From contig CAVQUB010000024.1 in the NCBI GenBank assembly GCA_963716725.1, positions 1 through 34,486 on the forward strand: DNA of 34,486 nt. Direction: 5' to 3'. Below the pieces are notes generated by a model. That model ran no database searches. It had not been told where the DNA came from and was given only the letters and a program-made list of their open reading frames with translations. Source of the stretch: an uncultured delta proteobacterium. GTDB taxonomy: Bacteria; Myxococcota_A; Polyangia; Polyangiales; Polyangiaceae. Position 1 is the first letter of the stretch. The number at the start of each line of letters is the position of its first letter. A program made the position numbers and the translations under genes. Below, in pieces: positions 1 to 9,061 of this stretch.

Positions 1-2
1 AA

Positions 3-233
3 GATCTCGCTCGACTGGCGCCGAGCGAGCCGCCCGTGCCTGAGCGTGTGCAGTTGCTCTTCGGCGCGACGCACCTGCCGGCACGGCTGGTCAGCGACGA
101 ACTCGTGGGGGCGCTGCTGGTGCGGATTTCGGAGAGCATGCCTTCGTCGCCCGGCGACTGGCGCTTCCACTTCCAAGCGCCCGACGGCCGGAACGACTGG
201 ACGGCGCTCCTGCACATCCGCGTCACCGGCTGA
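3..233 (+). CDS. 3' end of a hypothetical protein (truncated by window edge)
   Basis: Frame is open from base 3 to TGA 231-233 (…DLARLAPSEPPVPERVQLLFG…ALLHIRVTG), with GC-rich third positions. Confidence 0.6.
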   Translation, partial: DLARLAPSEPPVPERVQLLFGATHLPARLVSDELVGALLVRISESMPSSPGDWRFHFQAPDGRNDWTALLHIRVTG

Positions 234-288
234 AGGTCTGTCGAAGAATGGCGGAGCGCAGGCCGGCGGAGCCGGCCCACCCCTTCGG

Positions 289-1755
289 CTCATGATTGAT
301 CGGATCCCATCTGGGACCGGGCAGCTCGGAAGCCGATCTCGTAGTCGAGGAGCTTCTGGTAGCCCCGTCCTAACGTTTGCCACCCGGGTGCGCCGTTGTT
401 CTTCAGATGCCCGCCGAGTCGCGCGACAGCGAATAGCGCTTGCTCAATGGTCTGCGGGACGGCCGGGAGGCGGAGCTTGAACTTTATGAGGAGCAACTGG
501 GGCTCACTCAGGATCGTTGTTGCCGGTTGCTCGGGTGCGACGCGGGCTAACGAGCGCATGAGCAACAGGCGCCAGGCGATGGGCAGGAACACGGCGAGCG
601 CGTTGCTCAGTGCCTGATACGACTCGAGCTGTCGTTTCTCGAGAGAACACCCTTGCTTGAGTGCCTTGAAGAACTCTTCGATCACCCACCGACTGCGGTA
701 ACAGTCCACGACGGTCGCGAGTTCGGCGACGGTGTCAATGGGTTCGGTAGTGAGCAGCACCCACTCGACCGACGGCTCGCCTTCTGGTGGTTGGAGTTCC
801 CAGACTCGAACCACGTTGAGTTCGATGCTGCGCGTCTCATGTCGAGTGTTGCGGGGGCGCAGCACAGTCAAACGTTTGCCTGCCACGGCGACCTCCGCGC
901 TCCGGGCGTTGCGAGACGGGTGCTCTTTTGCAGCATGCGCGCGACTGCTCGGTTTCCTCGATGACACCGAGATCGTGCGAAAAAACTGCGGTTCGAGCGT
1001 TGAGATTGCACTGCGCAAGCAGATGCCTATTTCCTCAGTTACTCGGTCGTGAGCCGAACGGATGACGTAGCGCGCACCGAGTTCCTGCGCCTTCGCCAGG
1101 ACCTCGAAAATGTCCGCTTCGCGGTCCATCACGTGAATGAGCGCGCTGCCGGGGCAGCGTGCATGGACGGCCTCGAGCATGGCCGGCCAGCGCAGTGATT
1201 CGCGCTCGGGGTCTCTCCGACTGACAGACCGGCGGCGCCCGCGTCCACCCTTGTGTACGAGGCGGACGTGTCGCTGTAGACCCAGAACTCCGAGTGGCAC
1301 TCGCTCCTCGCCGGGAAGCACGGCCAGCGCCACGTGTGCGAGAAACCCCTGGCTGCCGCCGGACGTGACGCCCAACCCAGCTCGCCGACTGGCGCCGCCG
1401 AGCGATACTTCGGTCGTATCGTGCGCGACGATACACAGGCCAGCGGAACTCACACGCTCCACCGTCGCCGACAGGTGCGGGTCAAGGATCTGCTCCGCGT
1501 CGAACTGCTCGTTGCGCAGGAATCGGTAGACTCCCTCAAGCTCGGACGGAGTGTCGACAGCCTGCGGAAACCCAACACCGGGCGCCGCCATCAGTTTCTC
1601 AGCGAGCCAACCGAGCCTGTCACTGCGCCGCTTATCGCCGAGCTGAGAGCCCTCGAACTCGTCCGAAATCGACCGCCCTAACCATTCTGTTGCCGGCATT
1701 TCTCCCGTAGATCACACGCGCCGTCCGCTCGCAATGAGATGTGTTTGATCATGAG
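289..1755 (-). mobile_element. IS4-family (IS50/Tn5-like) insertion sequence, 1467 bp
   Basis: Terminal inverted repeats CTCATGAT (289-296) and ATCATGAG (1748-1755). Flanking 8-bp near-direct repeat CCCTTCGG (281-288) / CCCGTCGG (1756-1763). Encloses a single transposase gene. Confidence 0.9.
290..1699 (-). CDS. IS4-family DDE transposase (Tn5-like)
   Basis: N-terminal LGDKRR..RL; HDTT and DREAD aspartates; YREK motif YRSRWVIEEFFKALK; C-terminal RLGGHL…PGWQTLGRG. Confidence 0.95.
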   Translation of the reverse strand: MPATEWLGRSISDEFEGSQLGDKRRSDRLGWLAEKLMAAPGVGFPQAVDTPSELEGVYRFLRNEQFDAEQILDPHLSATVERVSSAGLCIVAHDTTEVSLGGASRRAGLGVTSGGSQGFLAHVALAVLPGEERVPLGVLGLQRHVRLVHKGGRGRRRSVSRRDPERESLRWPAMLEAVHARCPGSALIHVMDREADIFEVLAKAQELGARYVIRSAHDRVTEEIGICLRSAISTLEPQFFRTISVSSRKPSSRAHAAKEHPSRNARSAEVAVAGKRLTVLRPRNTRHETRSIELNVVRVWELQPPEGEPSVEWVLLTTEPIDTVAELATVVDCYRSRWVIEEFFKALKQGCSLEKRQLESYQALSNALAVFLPIAWRLLLMRSLARVAPEQPATTILSEPQLLLIKFKLRLPAVPQTIEQALFAVARLGGHLKNNGAPGWQTLGRGYQKLLDYEIGFRAARSQMGSDQS

Positions 1756-2011
1756 CCCGTCGGGTATCGCGAAGCGCGTCGCGTGGGGTGGGGCCCCAAC
1801 GAATTCACTTCGGTGGGGCGGGGAGGCGCGTGCCTCCCCGATGACAAAGTGAAAGAGCTGTCGAATTTTCGACAGCTCTTGAGTCGCGCCGAGGGCCGAC
1901 GGTCGTGTGCAGATCCCGTGGAGGCTCCGGGGAGAAAGGCCGCGGCGGCCAAGATCGGGGAATCTTCCGCTGTCTTCGACTCGTTGTCGGGGGCGAACGC
2001 GGGACAAGCAT

Positions 2012-3265
2012 ATGCGACGACTGATTGCGATTGCGCTGGTCTGGCTCGGCTGCACGGTGGCCTGGTTGATCTTGGGATCCACCCTCCTGGTGCGATCGGA
2101 CGAGACCCTTTCGCGCTTGGGCGACGGGGTCTCCGCGCTGTGGGGGCCCGCAATGCGACAACTGCCCCCGCGAGCGTTTGTCACCGATCGCTCGACGCCG
2201 CCGGCCGCGCCGGCGGAGAGCCAGCCGGTGTCGGTCCCGCTGTCCGGATCCGAGATCGACGTGACCCTCGATCTCGAGCATCGGAAGAAGGGCCTGGTGT
2301 GGTTCCCGACCTACGCCGTCGATTTCCGCGCGCGCTATACCTTCGTGAACCCCGACGCCGCGCCGCGCGAGGTGAGCTTCGGGCTCCCTCTCGAGACCGA
2401 GCACGCCCTCTACGACGGCTTCGAGGTGGCTGAGGCGGGCAAGGCCGTTGGAGTGGAAGTGACCCAAGGGGTTGCTCGCTGGACGGCCACGCTGGGGCCG
2501 AATGAACGACGTACCTACGACGTCCGCTACCGCTCGCGCGGGACCAGCAAGTGGCAATACGATCTCACCGCCGGGACCGGAAGCGTGCGCGACTTTCGTC
2601 TCTCGCTCGCCACCGACTTCGATCAGGTCAACTTCTTGCCCGGTACGCTGTCGCCGTCGACTCACCAATCGACCGGCGCTGGATGGCGCGGAACTTGGGA
2701 GTTCTCCACGCTCGTGGCCAGTTCACCCATCGGGCTGTCCCTCCCCGAGCGGCTCAACCCCGGACCACTTGCGTCGAAGATCACGTTCTTTGCACCCGTG
2801 AGCTTGCTCTTCTTTTTCTTCGTGGTGGCGATCTTGGCCCACGCCAAGCAGAAGCGGTTGCACCCGCTACACTACCTGTTCATCGGCTGCGCCTTCTTCG
2901 CGTTCCACCTGCTCTTCGCCTACCTGGTGGATCACGTCTCGATCGCGCCGTCGTTCTCCATCGCTGCGATCGTATCCATCGCCCTCGTGATCAGCTACGC
3001 GCGCTTGTTCGTCGGCTGGCGCTTCGCGCTGCTCGAGATCGGGGTCTCGCAGCTGCTCTATCTGGTGCTGTTCTCGTTCACGTTCTTCTTCGCCGGATTC
3101 ACCGGTCTTGCCATCACCATCGGCGCCATCGTGACCTTGTTCGTCCTGATGCAGATCACGGGTCGCCGTGACTTGTCGGACGACTCCGCCGATCCACGAG
3201 CGGTGTGCGCGCAGCCCTACCGCTGTGCGGCCGTGCGCGAGGCCGGTGCGACGCCCATCACTTGA
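2012..3265 (+). CDS. Inner-membrane CreD-like protein
   Basis: ATG 2012, N-terminal TM, LEHRKKGLVWFPTY motif, C-terminal multi-TM bundle with LHPLHYLFIG…FHLLFAYL. Confidence 0.8.
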   Translation: MRRLIAIALVWLGCTVAWLILGSTLLVRSDETLSRLGDGVSALWGPAMRQLPPRAFVTDRSTPPAAPAESQPVSVPLSGSEIDVTLDLEHRKKGLVWFPTYAVDFRARYTFVNPDAAPREVSFGLPLETEHALYDGFEVAEAGKAVGVEVTQGVARWTATLGPNERRTYDVRYRSRGTSKWQYDLTAGTGSVRDFRLSLATDFDQVNFLPGTLSPSTHQSTGAGWRGTWEFSTLVASSPIGLSLPERLNPGPLASKITFFAPVSLLFFFFVVAILAHAKQKRLHPLHYLFIGCAFFAFHLLFAYLVDHVSIAPSFSIAAIVSIALVISYARLFVGWRFALLEIGVSQLLYLVLFSFTFFFAGFTGLAITIGAIVTLFVLMQITGRRDLSDDSADPRAVCAQPYRCAAVREAGATPIT

Positions 3266-5609
3266 TGGTCAGCGCGGTGCCCCAGAGCTCGTAGCCCCTG
3301 TCGCCCTTGACGAGCTGGAACGAGGCAGCCTTGGAGCCCACCGCTGCGATGACGCCCTGGCCGGCTTCCTTGCCCGCGGCGGAGACTTTGATCGCGTCGC
3401 CCATGGGAGAGAGCTTCGCGTCGAGGATCTGAACGCGAACGACACGCTCGCCGCTCCCGCCTTCGGTCCACTGGAGCAGCCAGCGTCCGTCCGGCAGGCC
3501 TGCCGCGGCCGGAGCGATGGCGTCTCCGCCGGGCCCCCCGGACGGCAGCTCGAAGGCTTTGGCCGAGCCGGGCAGCTCGCCGTGCTTCGCCGTCGTCAGC
3601 TGAACCGCCCACGGCGAGTCGTCTCCGCTCTTGGCGGCGAAGGTCACCAGGATGCCCTGGTCGCCAGCCGCGATGGTCGGCGTGCCCGCGCGCCCTTCCG
3701 CGTCGACGCTGCCCAGCTCGGTCTTCATGCTGCCGTTTGGCTTGAGCCAACCGAAGCGCACCTTGCCGGAGTTGCGGAAGGCAACAGCGTGGCCCACGCC
3801 GGCCACGCTTGCGATCCGTGCCTCGGTGGACTTGTCGTTGGTGACGCCGCTCCAGATCACTTCGGCAGCGCCGCCCGCGGGTTGGCGCACATAGCCCTGG
3901 GCGCTAAACCCGATGGTGAACATCGGCTCGGCGTCGATGCTACGCGGCCAGGTCAACGCGCCGCCCTCGCGATCGACGACGAAGCGATCCTTGTCGGACG
4001 CGACCGGCACCACGCCGAGCACCTTCTTGCCGGCCGGTGCGCTGAAGGCCTGCTCGACCTCGAGGCTCTCGAGATCGACCATCATGCCCAGCCCCGTGGA
4101 CTCTCCGTTCGCGATTCCGACCGCGAGCTTGTCGCCGCGGGTCGCGAAGTAGGGTGGCACGCTCAGCTGAATCGCTGGCGAGATCTGCGTGGCCGGCTTG
4201 GCGATGGCCAGGCTCAGGGTCGTGGAGCCAGTGGCGGGCTTTGTGGACAGGGCGGGCGTCGCCGAGGGCTTCGCGGTCGCCGCCGCTTCGGTGTCCCACG
4301 GCTTGAAATAGAACAACGCGGCCGCGGCCACGGCTCCGAAGAGCCCGACGGCTCCGAGGCCGCCGATAACCCACGGCAGCGCGCTCTTCTTCTTGGGCGG
4401 CGCGTAGGAGGGATACGCCGCGACCGGCGGTGGCCCGTAGGACGGCGCAGCGGCAGGCGCCATCGGCGTCTGCCAGGCGGTGGGCTCCGGAGGCGCCGGC
4501 AGCGCGACCGGTGCCGGATGGAATTGGTTGCCGAAGGCTGGGAGCGAGTCCGCGTCCGGTCGCAGTGCGGCCGGATGGATCTGAGTCGGCGCCTCGTGTT
4601 CCGGATCGGACATCGGCACGATGGCGTCGGCGAGTCGGGTCGGTCCCTCGCTCTCCGGCTCGGCGAGCGGCGTGATGACCGGCGCCAGGGGCGGCGCTAC
4701 GGGCCGAGGCGCGGCGGGTTTCGAGATGGCGATCATCGGAGCCGGTTTCGGCCTCTTTGCCTCAACCATTGCCGCGAGACCGTCGAGCGAGGGCGAGGAC
4801 GCCAGCGGTTTGCTGGCTTTCGGTGCGGTGCGAGTACCGGCGGCCGCCTCGAGGATTTGGATCTCTTCGTCGCCCAGCGTCCCCGTGACGGGCTCATGGT
4901 GCGGATTCGAGTCGACCGGCACGATAGGCTCGGCGCCCTTCGGTTGCACGAGCTCGGTGACCGTCGGTCCCGAGGTGGTCGGCTTGGTGGGGCCCGCGAC
5001 CTCGATCCAGCTCGCGGCGGGAGGCGCGTTGGCGCCAACTGCCGCAACAGGCGAGGGGGTTGGGCGGCGCGAGGGTGCCGGCGGCGCGCTTGCGCGAGAG
5101 GGTGGCGGCGGCTTGACCGCCAGGAGATCGGAGCCCGTCAGCTCGACCTCTTCCATCACCAAGGTCCCGGGCCGATCGTTTTCGGGGGTCGAGGCGACGG
5201 GAATGATCGGGTCGAGGGCCCTCGTGACGTTGAGCGGGATCGGCGGCGGGTGGGAAATCCGATCCGGATCCGGCTTGGGGACGATGACGACCCCGCGCGC
5301 CGTTGACGGGAGCGCGCTCGAGAGCTCCGCGACCCTTCCGGCTGCGACCCACTCTGCCCAGCCTTGTCGCCAGACCAGGCTTTGTCCGGTCAGCGCGCCC
5401 TGCCGAAGCCCCGCGAGCAGCTCCTCGCGCTCAACGGTCTTGAGCGATCCGTCGGGGTTCGCACAGAACCAGAAATCGATTGCATCCTCTGACAAATCAG
5501 CGCCTCCCGTGGGCTCCCGTGGGGCCGCTCTACCATCCATCGCGCCGTTCGGCGACGGCCAGCGCGAGCTCTGTAGGGGTTCAGGCGAGGTGTGAGGGCT
5601 CGAGTGCAT
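3258..5609 (-). CDS. GYF_2 (DUF4339)-domain bitopic membrane protein with Pro-rich linker and beta-rich extracytoplasmic domain (alternative start 5540)
   Basis: W…ELLAGLRQGALTGQSLVWRQGWAEWVAAGRVAEL GYF_2 signature; single TM after PPKKKS; beta-strand-rich C-terminus. Confidence 0.75.
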   Translation of the reverse strand: MHSSPHTSPEPLQSSRWPSPNGAMDGRAAPREPTGGADLSEDAIDFWFCANPDGSLKTVEREELLAGLRQGALTGQSLVWRQGWAEWVAAGRVAELSSALPSTARGVVIVPKPDPDRISHPPPIPLNVTRALDPIIPVASTPENDRPGTLVMEEVELTGSDLLAVKPPPPSRASAPPAPSRRPTPSPVAAVGANAPPAASWIEVAGPTKPTTSGPTVTELVQPKGAEPIVPVDSNPHHEPVTGTLGDEEIQILEAAAGTRTAPKASKPLASSPSLDGLAAMVEAKRPKPAPMIAISKPAAPRPVAPPLAPVITPLAEPESEGPTRLADAIVPMSDPEHEAPTQIHPAALRPDADSLPAFGNQFHPAPVALPAPPEPTAWQTPMAPAAAPSYGPPPVAAYPSYAPPKKKSALPWVIGGLGAVGLFGAVAAAALFYFKPWDTEAAATAKPSATPALSTKPATGSTTLSLAIAKPATQISPAIQLSVPPYFATRGDKLAVGIANGESTGLGMMVDLESLEVEQAFSAPAGKKVLGVVPVASDKDRFVVDREGGALTWPRSIDAEPMFTIGFSAQGYVRQPAGGAAEVIWSGVTNDKSTEARIASVAGVGHAVAFRNSGKVRFGWLKPNGSMKTELGSVDAEGRAGTPTIAAGDQGILVTFAAKSGDDSPWAVQLTTAKHGELPGSAKAFELPSGGPGGDAIAPAAAGLPDGRWLLQWTEGGSGERVVRVQILDAKLSPMGDAIKVSAAGKEAGQGVIAAVGSKAASFQLVKGDRGYELWGTALTIK

Positions 5610-5632
5610 GGTGATTATCCGTCCCCGGCCTG

Positions 5633-6205
5633 TTACGCCGCTCCGGTCACGAGTCTTCCCGGGGCGCGAGCCCAGAGCCCCACGCGGCCGCCGCTTTCAA
5701 CGCAGCGCACGCGCTCGAGCCCCGGCAAGAGCAGCGTGAGCTCGGACTTTTTCAGGCGAAATCGAGGGCTGGGGTGGGAGCCGGGCCAATCCTCCGTGAA
5801 GGTCGAGAGCAGGGCAGCGCCGCCGGGGGCGAGCAGCTCGGGGAGGCGTGCGAGCAGGTCCCGGTCCAGGAAATCCACCACGACGACGAGGGACGCCGCC
5901 GGCGTCCCGGGGGGCAGTTCCGTTAGATCCGCCACGCGGGTCCCGACCGACAGGTGTTGGGCCTCCGCTCGCTCGCGCACGATTCCGAGCGCCACTGGGC
6001 TCACATCCCACGCTTCGACCCTCCAGCCCAGCTGTGCCATCAGCAAGGCGTGACGCCCCGTCCCGCTCGCCAGGTCCAGGGCGCGTCGATTCGCGCCGGG
6101 ACCGAGCTCCGCCAGCACCCCACGCACGAATGGATCCGCGGTCCGCGGAGCCTGCTCGCTCTCCTCGGCGTGACGCGCGTCCCAACGCTCGCGATCGCTC
6201 GACAT
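5633..6205 (-). CDS. Class I SAM-dependent methyltransferase (TehB-like)
   Basis: MSSDRERWDARH start; motif I ALDLASGTGRHAL; WDVSPVAL; LLAPGG; PRFRLK..EL. Confidence 0.85.
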   Translation of the reverse strand: MSSDRERWDARHAEESEQAPRTADPFVRGVLAELGPGANRRALDLASGTGRHALLMAQLGWRVEAWDVSPVALGIVRERAEAQHLSVGTRVADLTELPPGTPAASLVVVVDFLDRDLLARLPELLAPGGAALLSTFTEDWPGSHPSPRFRLKKSELTLLLPGLERVRCVESGGRVGLWARAPGRLVTGAA

Positions 6206-6216
6206 GGCCCCCTGCC

Positions 6217-6245
6217 TGCATAGGTGCTTCGGTCGTCCGTCGCAA
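6217..6245 (-). promoter_or_regulatory. Putative sigma70 promoter of the methyltransferase gene
   Basis: TTGCGA-N17-TATGCA on the minus strand, 11 nt before ATG 6205. Confidence 0.4.
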
Positions 6246-6305
6246 GCGATTGAGCTTTGCTGCCAGACCGAGTATCGCCTCGGACCGAAACACGAGGGAG
6301 AAGGT

Positions 6306-7073
6306 ATGCAGCAGATGCCGCACGCAGAGCCGGCGCCCGCCGGTCCACCGATGGGCCAGGCGCCGCCCGCCATGGGTGGGGTCGCCCACGAGATCACTCA
6401 CGGGCCGTCGTTCGCGATGTTGCGCGTCGACCTCGCCCCGGGGCAGACCCTGGTTGCGGAGGCCGGTGCGATGGTGGCGCGCAACCAACACGTGCAGATG
6501 GCCGTGAAGCTCAACGCCTCGCCCTCAGCCGGCTTCATCGCCACGCTCAAAGCCATCGTCATCGCGCTGATCCGAAAGTTCATCGGCGGCGAGACCTTCA
6601 TCGTCAATCACTTCAGCACGCCCCAGCCGGGACGCGTCTGGCTGGCACCCTCGATGTCCGGGCACGTCGCCCATCGGCGCATGAACGGCGAAAAGCTGAT
6701 CCTCTCCACGGGCGCCTATCTGGCTCACGTTGGCAACATCGACATCAACATGAAGTTCGGCGGGCTGAAGGGCATCCTGGCCAAAGAGGGCGCCTTTTGG
6801 CTCGAGGTCAGCGGGGTCGGCGACCTGTGGTTCACCAGCTACGGCGGCATCGAGGTGATCGACATTCAGCAGCCGTTCATGATCGATAACGGCCACATCG
6901 TCGGCTACGAAGGCAACTTGAACATGACCGTGAAGCGGCCTGGGGGCGGCATGATGGGCCTCCTCGCGTCCGGCGAAGGTCTGGTGTGCGAGTTCACCGG
7001 TCAGGGCCGGGTGTACTTGCAGAGTCGCAATTTGAGCTCGCTGGTCAGCTGGCTGTCGCCCTTGCTGCCCTGA
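6306..7073 (+). CDS. AIM24 / TIGR00266 (DUF124) family protein 1
   Basis: GPSFAMLRVDL.PGQ.L.AEAGAMV; GGETF; IDNGHIVGY; SGEGLVCEFTGQGRVYLQSRN; purine-rich RBS-like sequence before ATG 6306. Confidence 0.9.
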   Translation: MQQMPHAEPAPAGPPMGQAPPAMGGVAHEITHGPSFAMLRVDLAPGQTLVAEAGAMVARNQHVQMAVKLNASPSAGFIATLKAIVIALIRKFIGGETFIVNHFSTPQPGRVWLAPSMSGHVAHRRMNGEKLILSTGAYLAHVGNIDINMKFGGLKGILAKEGAFWLEVSGVGDLWFTSYGGIEVIDIQQPFMIDNGHIVGYEGNLNMTVKRPGGGMMGLLASGEGLVCEFTGQGRVYLQSRNLSSLVSWLSPLLP

Positions 7074-7083
7074 GGACCGACCG

Positions 7084-7758
7084 ATGAACTTCGACATCCA
7101 ATACCGTCCCGCGCACTCCCTCGCCAAGGTCAGCCTCGAAGCAAATGAATCCGTGGTGGCCGAGAGCGGCGCCATGGTGGGCATGAGCACCAACGTGCAG
7201 ATGCAGACTCAGAGCGGCGGCTTGATGAGCGGACTCAAGCGCATGTTCGGCGGCGAGAGCTTCTTTCGCAATACCTTCACCGCGAGCAACGGCCCCGGGG
7301 AGGTTCTCCTGGCCCACTCGCTCTGCGGCGACATGTCCGTGCTCGAGATGACCGAGCCCGGCTACTTGATCCAGAGCTCGAGCTTCATCGCGTCGACCCC
7401 GAACGTGAACATCGAGACCAAGGTCGGCGGCTTCAAGACCTTCTTCGCCGGCGAGGGAGTGTTCGTGCTCCGCGCGACCTGCCAGGGACCAGGGCGAGTG
7501 CTGATCGGCGCTTTTGGCGGCATCCAGGAGCTCGTCTGCGACGGCAGCTTGGTGATCGACACCGGCCACCTCGTGGCCTGGGACTCGACGCTCAACTACA
7601 CCGTGGGCAAGAGCGGCAGCGGTTGGATCGCCTCTTACCTGTCGGGCGAGGGCCTGGTCTGTCATTTTCAGGGGCAGGGTCGGATCTGGATTCAGACGCG
7701 CAATCCGGCGGGCTACGGTCAAGAGATCGCGTCGCTGCTGCCGCCACGGTCGAGTTAG
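7084..7758 (+). CDS. AIM24 / TIGR00266 family protein 2
   Basis: AESGAMV, GGESFFRNTF, IDTGHLVAW, SGEGLVCHFQGQGRIWIQTRN; RBS GAGGA. Confidence 0.92.
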   Translation: MNFDIQYRPAHSLAKVSLEANESVVAESGAMVGMSTNVQMQTQSGGLMSGLKRMFGGESFFRNTFTASNGPGEVLLAHSLCGDMSVLEMTEPGYLIQSSSFIASTPNVNIETKVGGFKTFFAGEGVFVLRATCQGPGRVLIGAFGGIQELVCDGSLVIDTGHLVAWDSTLNYTVGKSGSGWIASYLSGEGLVCHFQGQGRIWIQTRNPAGYGQEIASLLPPRSS

Positions 7759-7770
7759 GGAGAGGCGATC

Positions 7771-8451
7771 ATGCAGTACGACATCTTGGAGAAACCGGAT
7801 TTCAGCTTGGTGCGCGCGGTCTTCCACCAGGCCGGAGAGTCCCTCTTGGTCGAGAGCGCGGCGATGGTCGCCAAGGACAGCGCCCTCGAGATGCGCACGC
7901 AGATGCAGGGCGGGCTGCTCGGCGCCGCCAAGCGCAAGCTGCTCGGCGGCGAGACGGTGTTTCAGAACACCTTCACCGCGACGGCGCCCGGGCAGCAGCT
8001 CTGGTTTGCTCCCGGTCCGGAAGGTGACCTCGAGGTCGTCGAGATGGACGGCACGACACCCATCTTTCTGTCGTCGGGGGCTTTCTTGGCCAGCGCCCCC
8101 ACGGTGCAACTCGACACCAAGTGGGGTGGCGCCAAGGGCTTCTTCAGCGGCACCGGCATGTTCTTGCTGGTGGCGCAAGGAACGGGGCCGCTCTTCTTCT
8201 GCGCCTACGGCGGCGTTCACGCGGTGGATGTTGGTCCCGCGGGCTACATTTGCGACACGTCTCACATCGTCGGCTTCACCGGCGGCCTCCAGTACACCGT
8301 GAACAAGGTCGGCGGCATGAAGAGCCTGTTCTTCAGCGGTGAGGGCTTGGTCTGCACCTTCCACGGCCAGGGTCGACTCTGGATCAGCACGCGCAACCCG
8401 TCGGGGCTGGTCAGCTTCGTACACCCCTTTCGTCGCGTGCAGAGCGGCTGA
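7771..8451 (+). CDS. AIM24 / TIGR00266 family protein 3
   Basis: VESAAMV, GGETVFQNTF, DTSHIVGF, SGEGLVCTFHGQGRLWISTRN; RBS GGAGAGG. Confidence 0.92.
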   Translation: MQYDILEKPDFSLVRAVFHQAGESLLVESAAMVAKDSALEMRTQMQGGLLGAAKRKLLGGETVFQNTFTATAPGQQLWFAPGPEGDLEVVEMDGTTPIFLSSGAFLASAPTVQLDTKWGGAKGFFSGTGMFLLVAQGTGPLFFCAYGGVHAVDVGPAGYICDTSHIVGFTGGLQYTVNKVGGMKSLFFSGEGLVCTFHGQGRLWISTRNPSGLVSFVHPFRRVQSG

Positions 8452-8472
8452 GCCTGCGCGCCCCAAGAGGGG

Positions 8473-8502
8473 TTGCAGTCCTGCGCGCGGCCGCCGCATG
8501 AT
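8473..8502 (+). promoter_or_regulatory. Putative sigma70 promoter giving a leaderless transcript
   Basis: TTGCAG-N18-CATGAT, 5 nt before GTG 8508; no SD sequence. Confidence 0.45.
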
Positions 8503-8507
8503 GGCGC

Positions 8508-8963
8508 GTGGCCAAGACCTCGCGTGAAGTCACGCTGCCGGTACCCGCACCGACGGCATTTCAGTTGGCTCGCGCCTCGGGGGCGGAGCTGCCGGGTTTC
8601 CGCCTCAGCGGCGAGGACCCTTCCCAGCTGCGGCTGAAGTTCTGCCGGGGCTTCGGCTGGTCCAACCCTATCGATGTCGAAGTGGCGGTTTGGGAGTCCG
8701 CGCCGAACCACTCTCGCCTGCGTTACGACGCCAGCATCCTGGCGCTCGCCGATCCCTTCGGGTTCATGAGCAAGAATCTGGAGCGATTCGAGCAGCACCT
8801 CGCCGCGCACCACCAAGCGCTGCTCCAGGGCACCGCGCCGCCGGCGCCGCCCAAAGACAAGCACTCGGTCAAGGTCAACCTGATCCTGATCGGCGGCTGC
8901 CTTGGGGTCCTGCTGCTGGTTGTCGTCGCTGCGCTCGTGTTGGCGCTGCTCGGCTCGCGCTAG
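8508..8963 (+). CDS. Hypothetical protein with C-terminal TM anchor
   Basis: 151-aa ORF with GC-rich third positions; alpha/beta N-terminal domain; hydrophobic C-terminal helix. Confidence 0.7.
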   Translation: MAKTSREVTLPVPAPTAFQLARASGAELPGFRLSGEDPSQLRLKFCRGFGWSNPIDVEVAVWESAPNHSRLRYDASILALADPFGFMSKNLERFEQHLAAHHQALLQGTAPPAPPKDKHSVKVNLILIGGCLGVLLLVVVAALVLALLGSR

Positions 8964-9061
8964 CCCGCTGGCAGCTGCTCGACGCCCTGCGCTTCGTCCC
9001 CGACGAGATCCCGCAAGCCGTCGCCATCCCCGGCCTAAAATTCCAGCGATTTACCCGCAAG

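Larger units (their letters stand above)
231..1882. repeat. Hairpin-rich MITE/REP-like element (~175 bp: 231-288 plus 1764-1882) interrupted by the IS
   Basis: Ends TGAAGGTCTGTCGAAGAAT and revcomp TCAAGAGCTGTCGAAAATT match 14/19. Hairpins at 261-277, 1794-1818, 1819-1840 and 1853-1880, plus a stem 276-283/1785-1792 split by the IS. Confidence 0.55.

Noticed and set aside
3168..5306. 712-aa plus-strand ORF and the many other long antisense/overlapping ORFs (e.g. 7045-8499, 17350-18885, 31379-32806)
   Set aside because: Shadow ORFs typical of high-GC DNA. They are Arg/Gly-rich, have no motifs and lie opposite well-supported genes.
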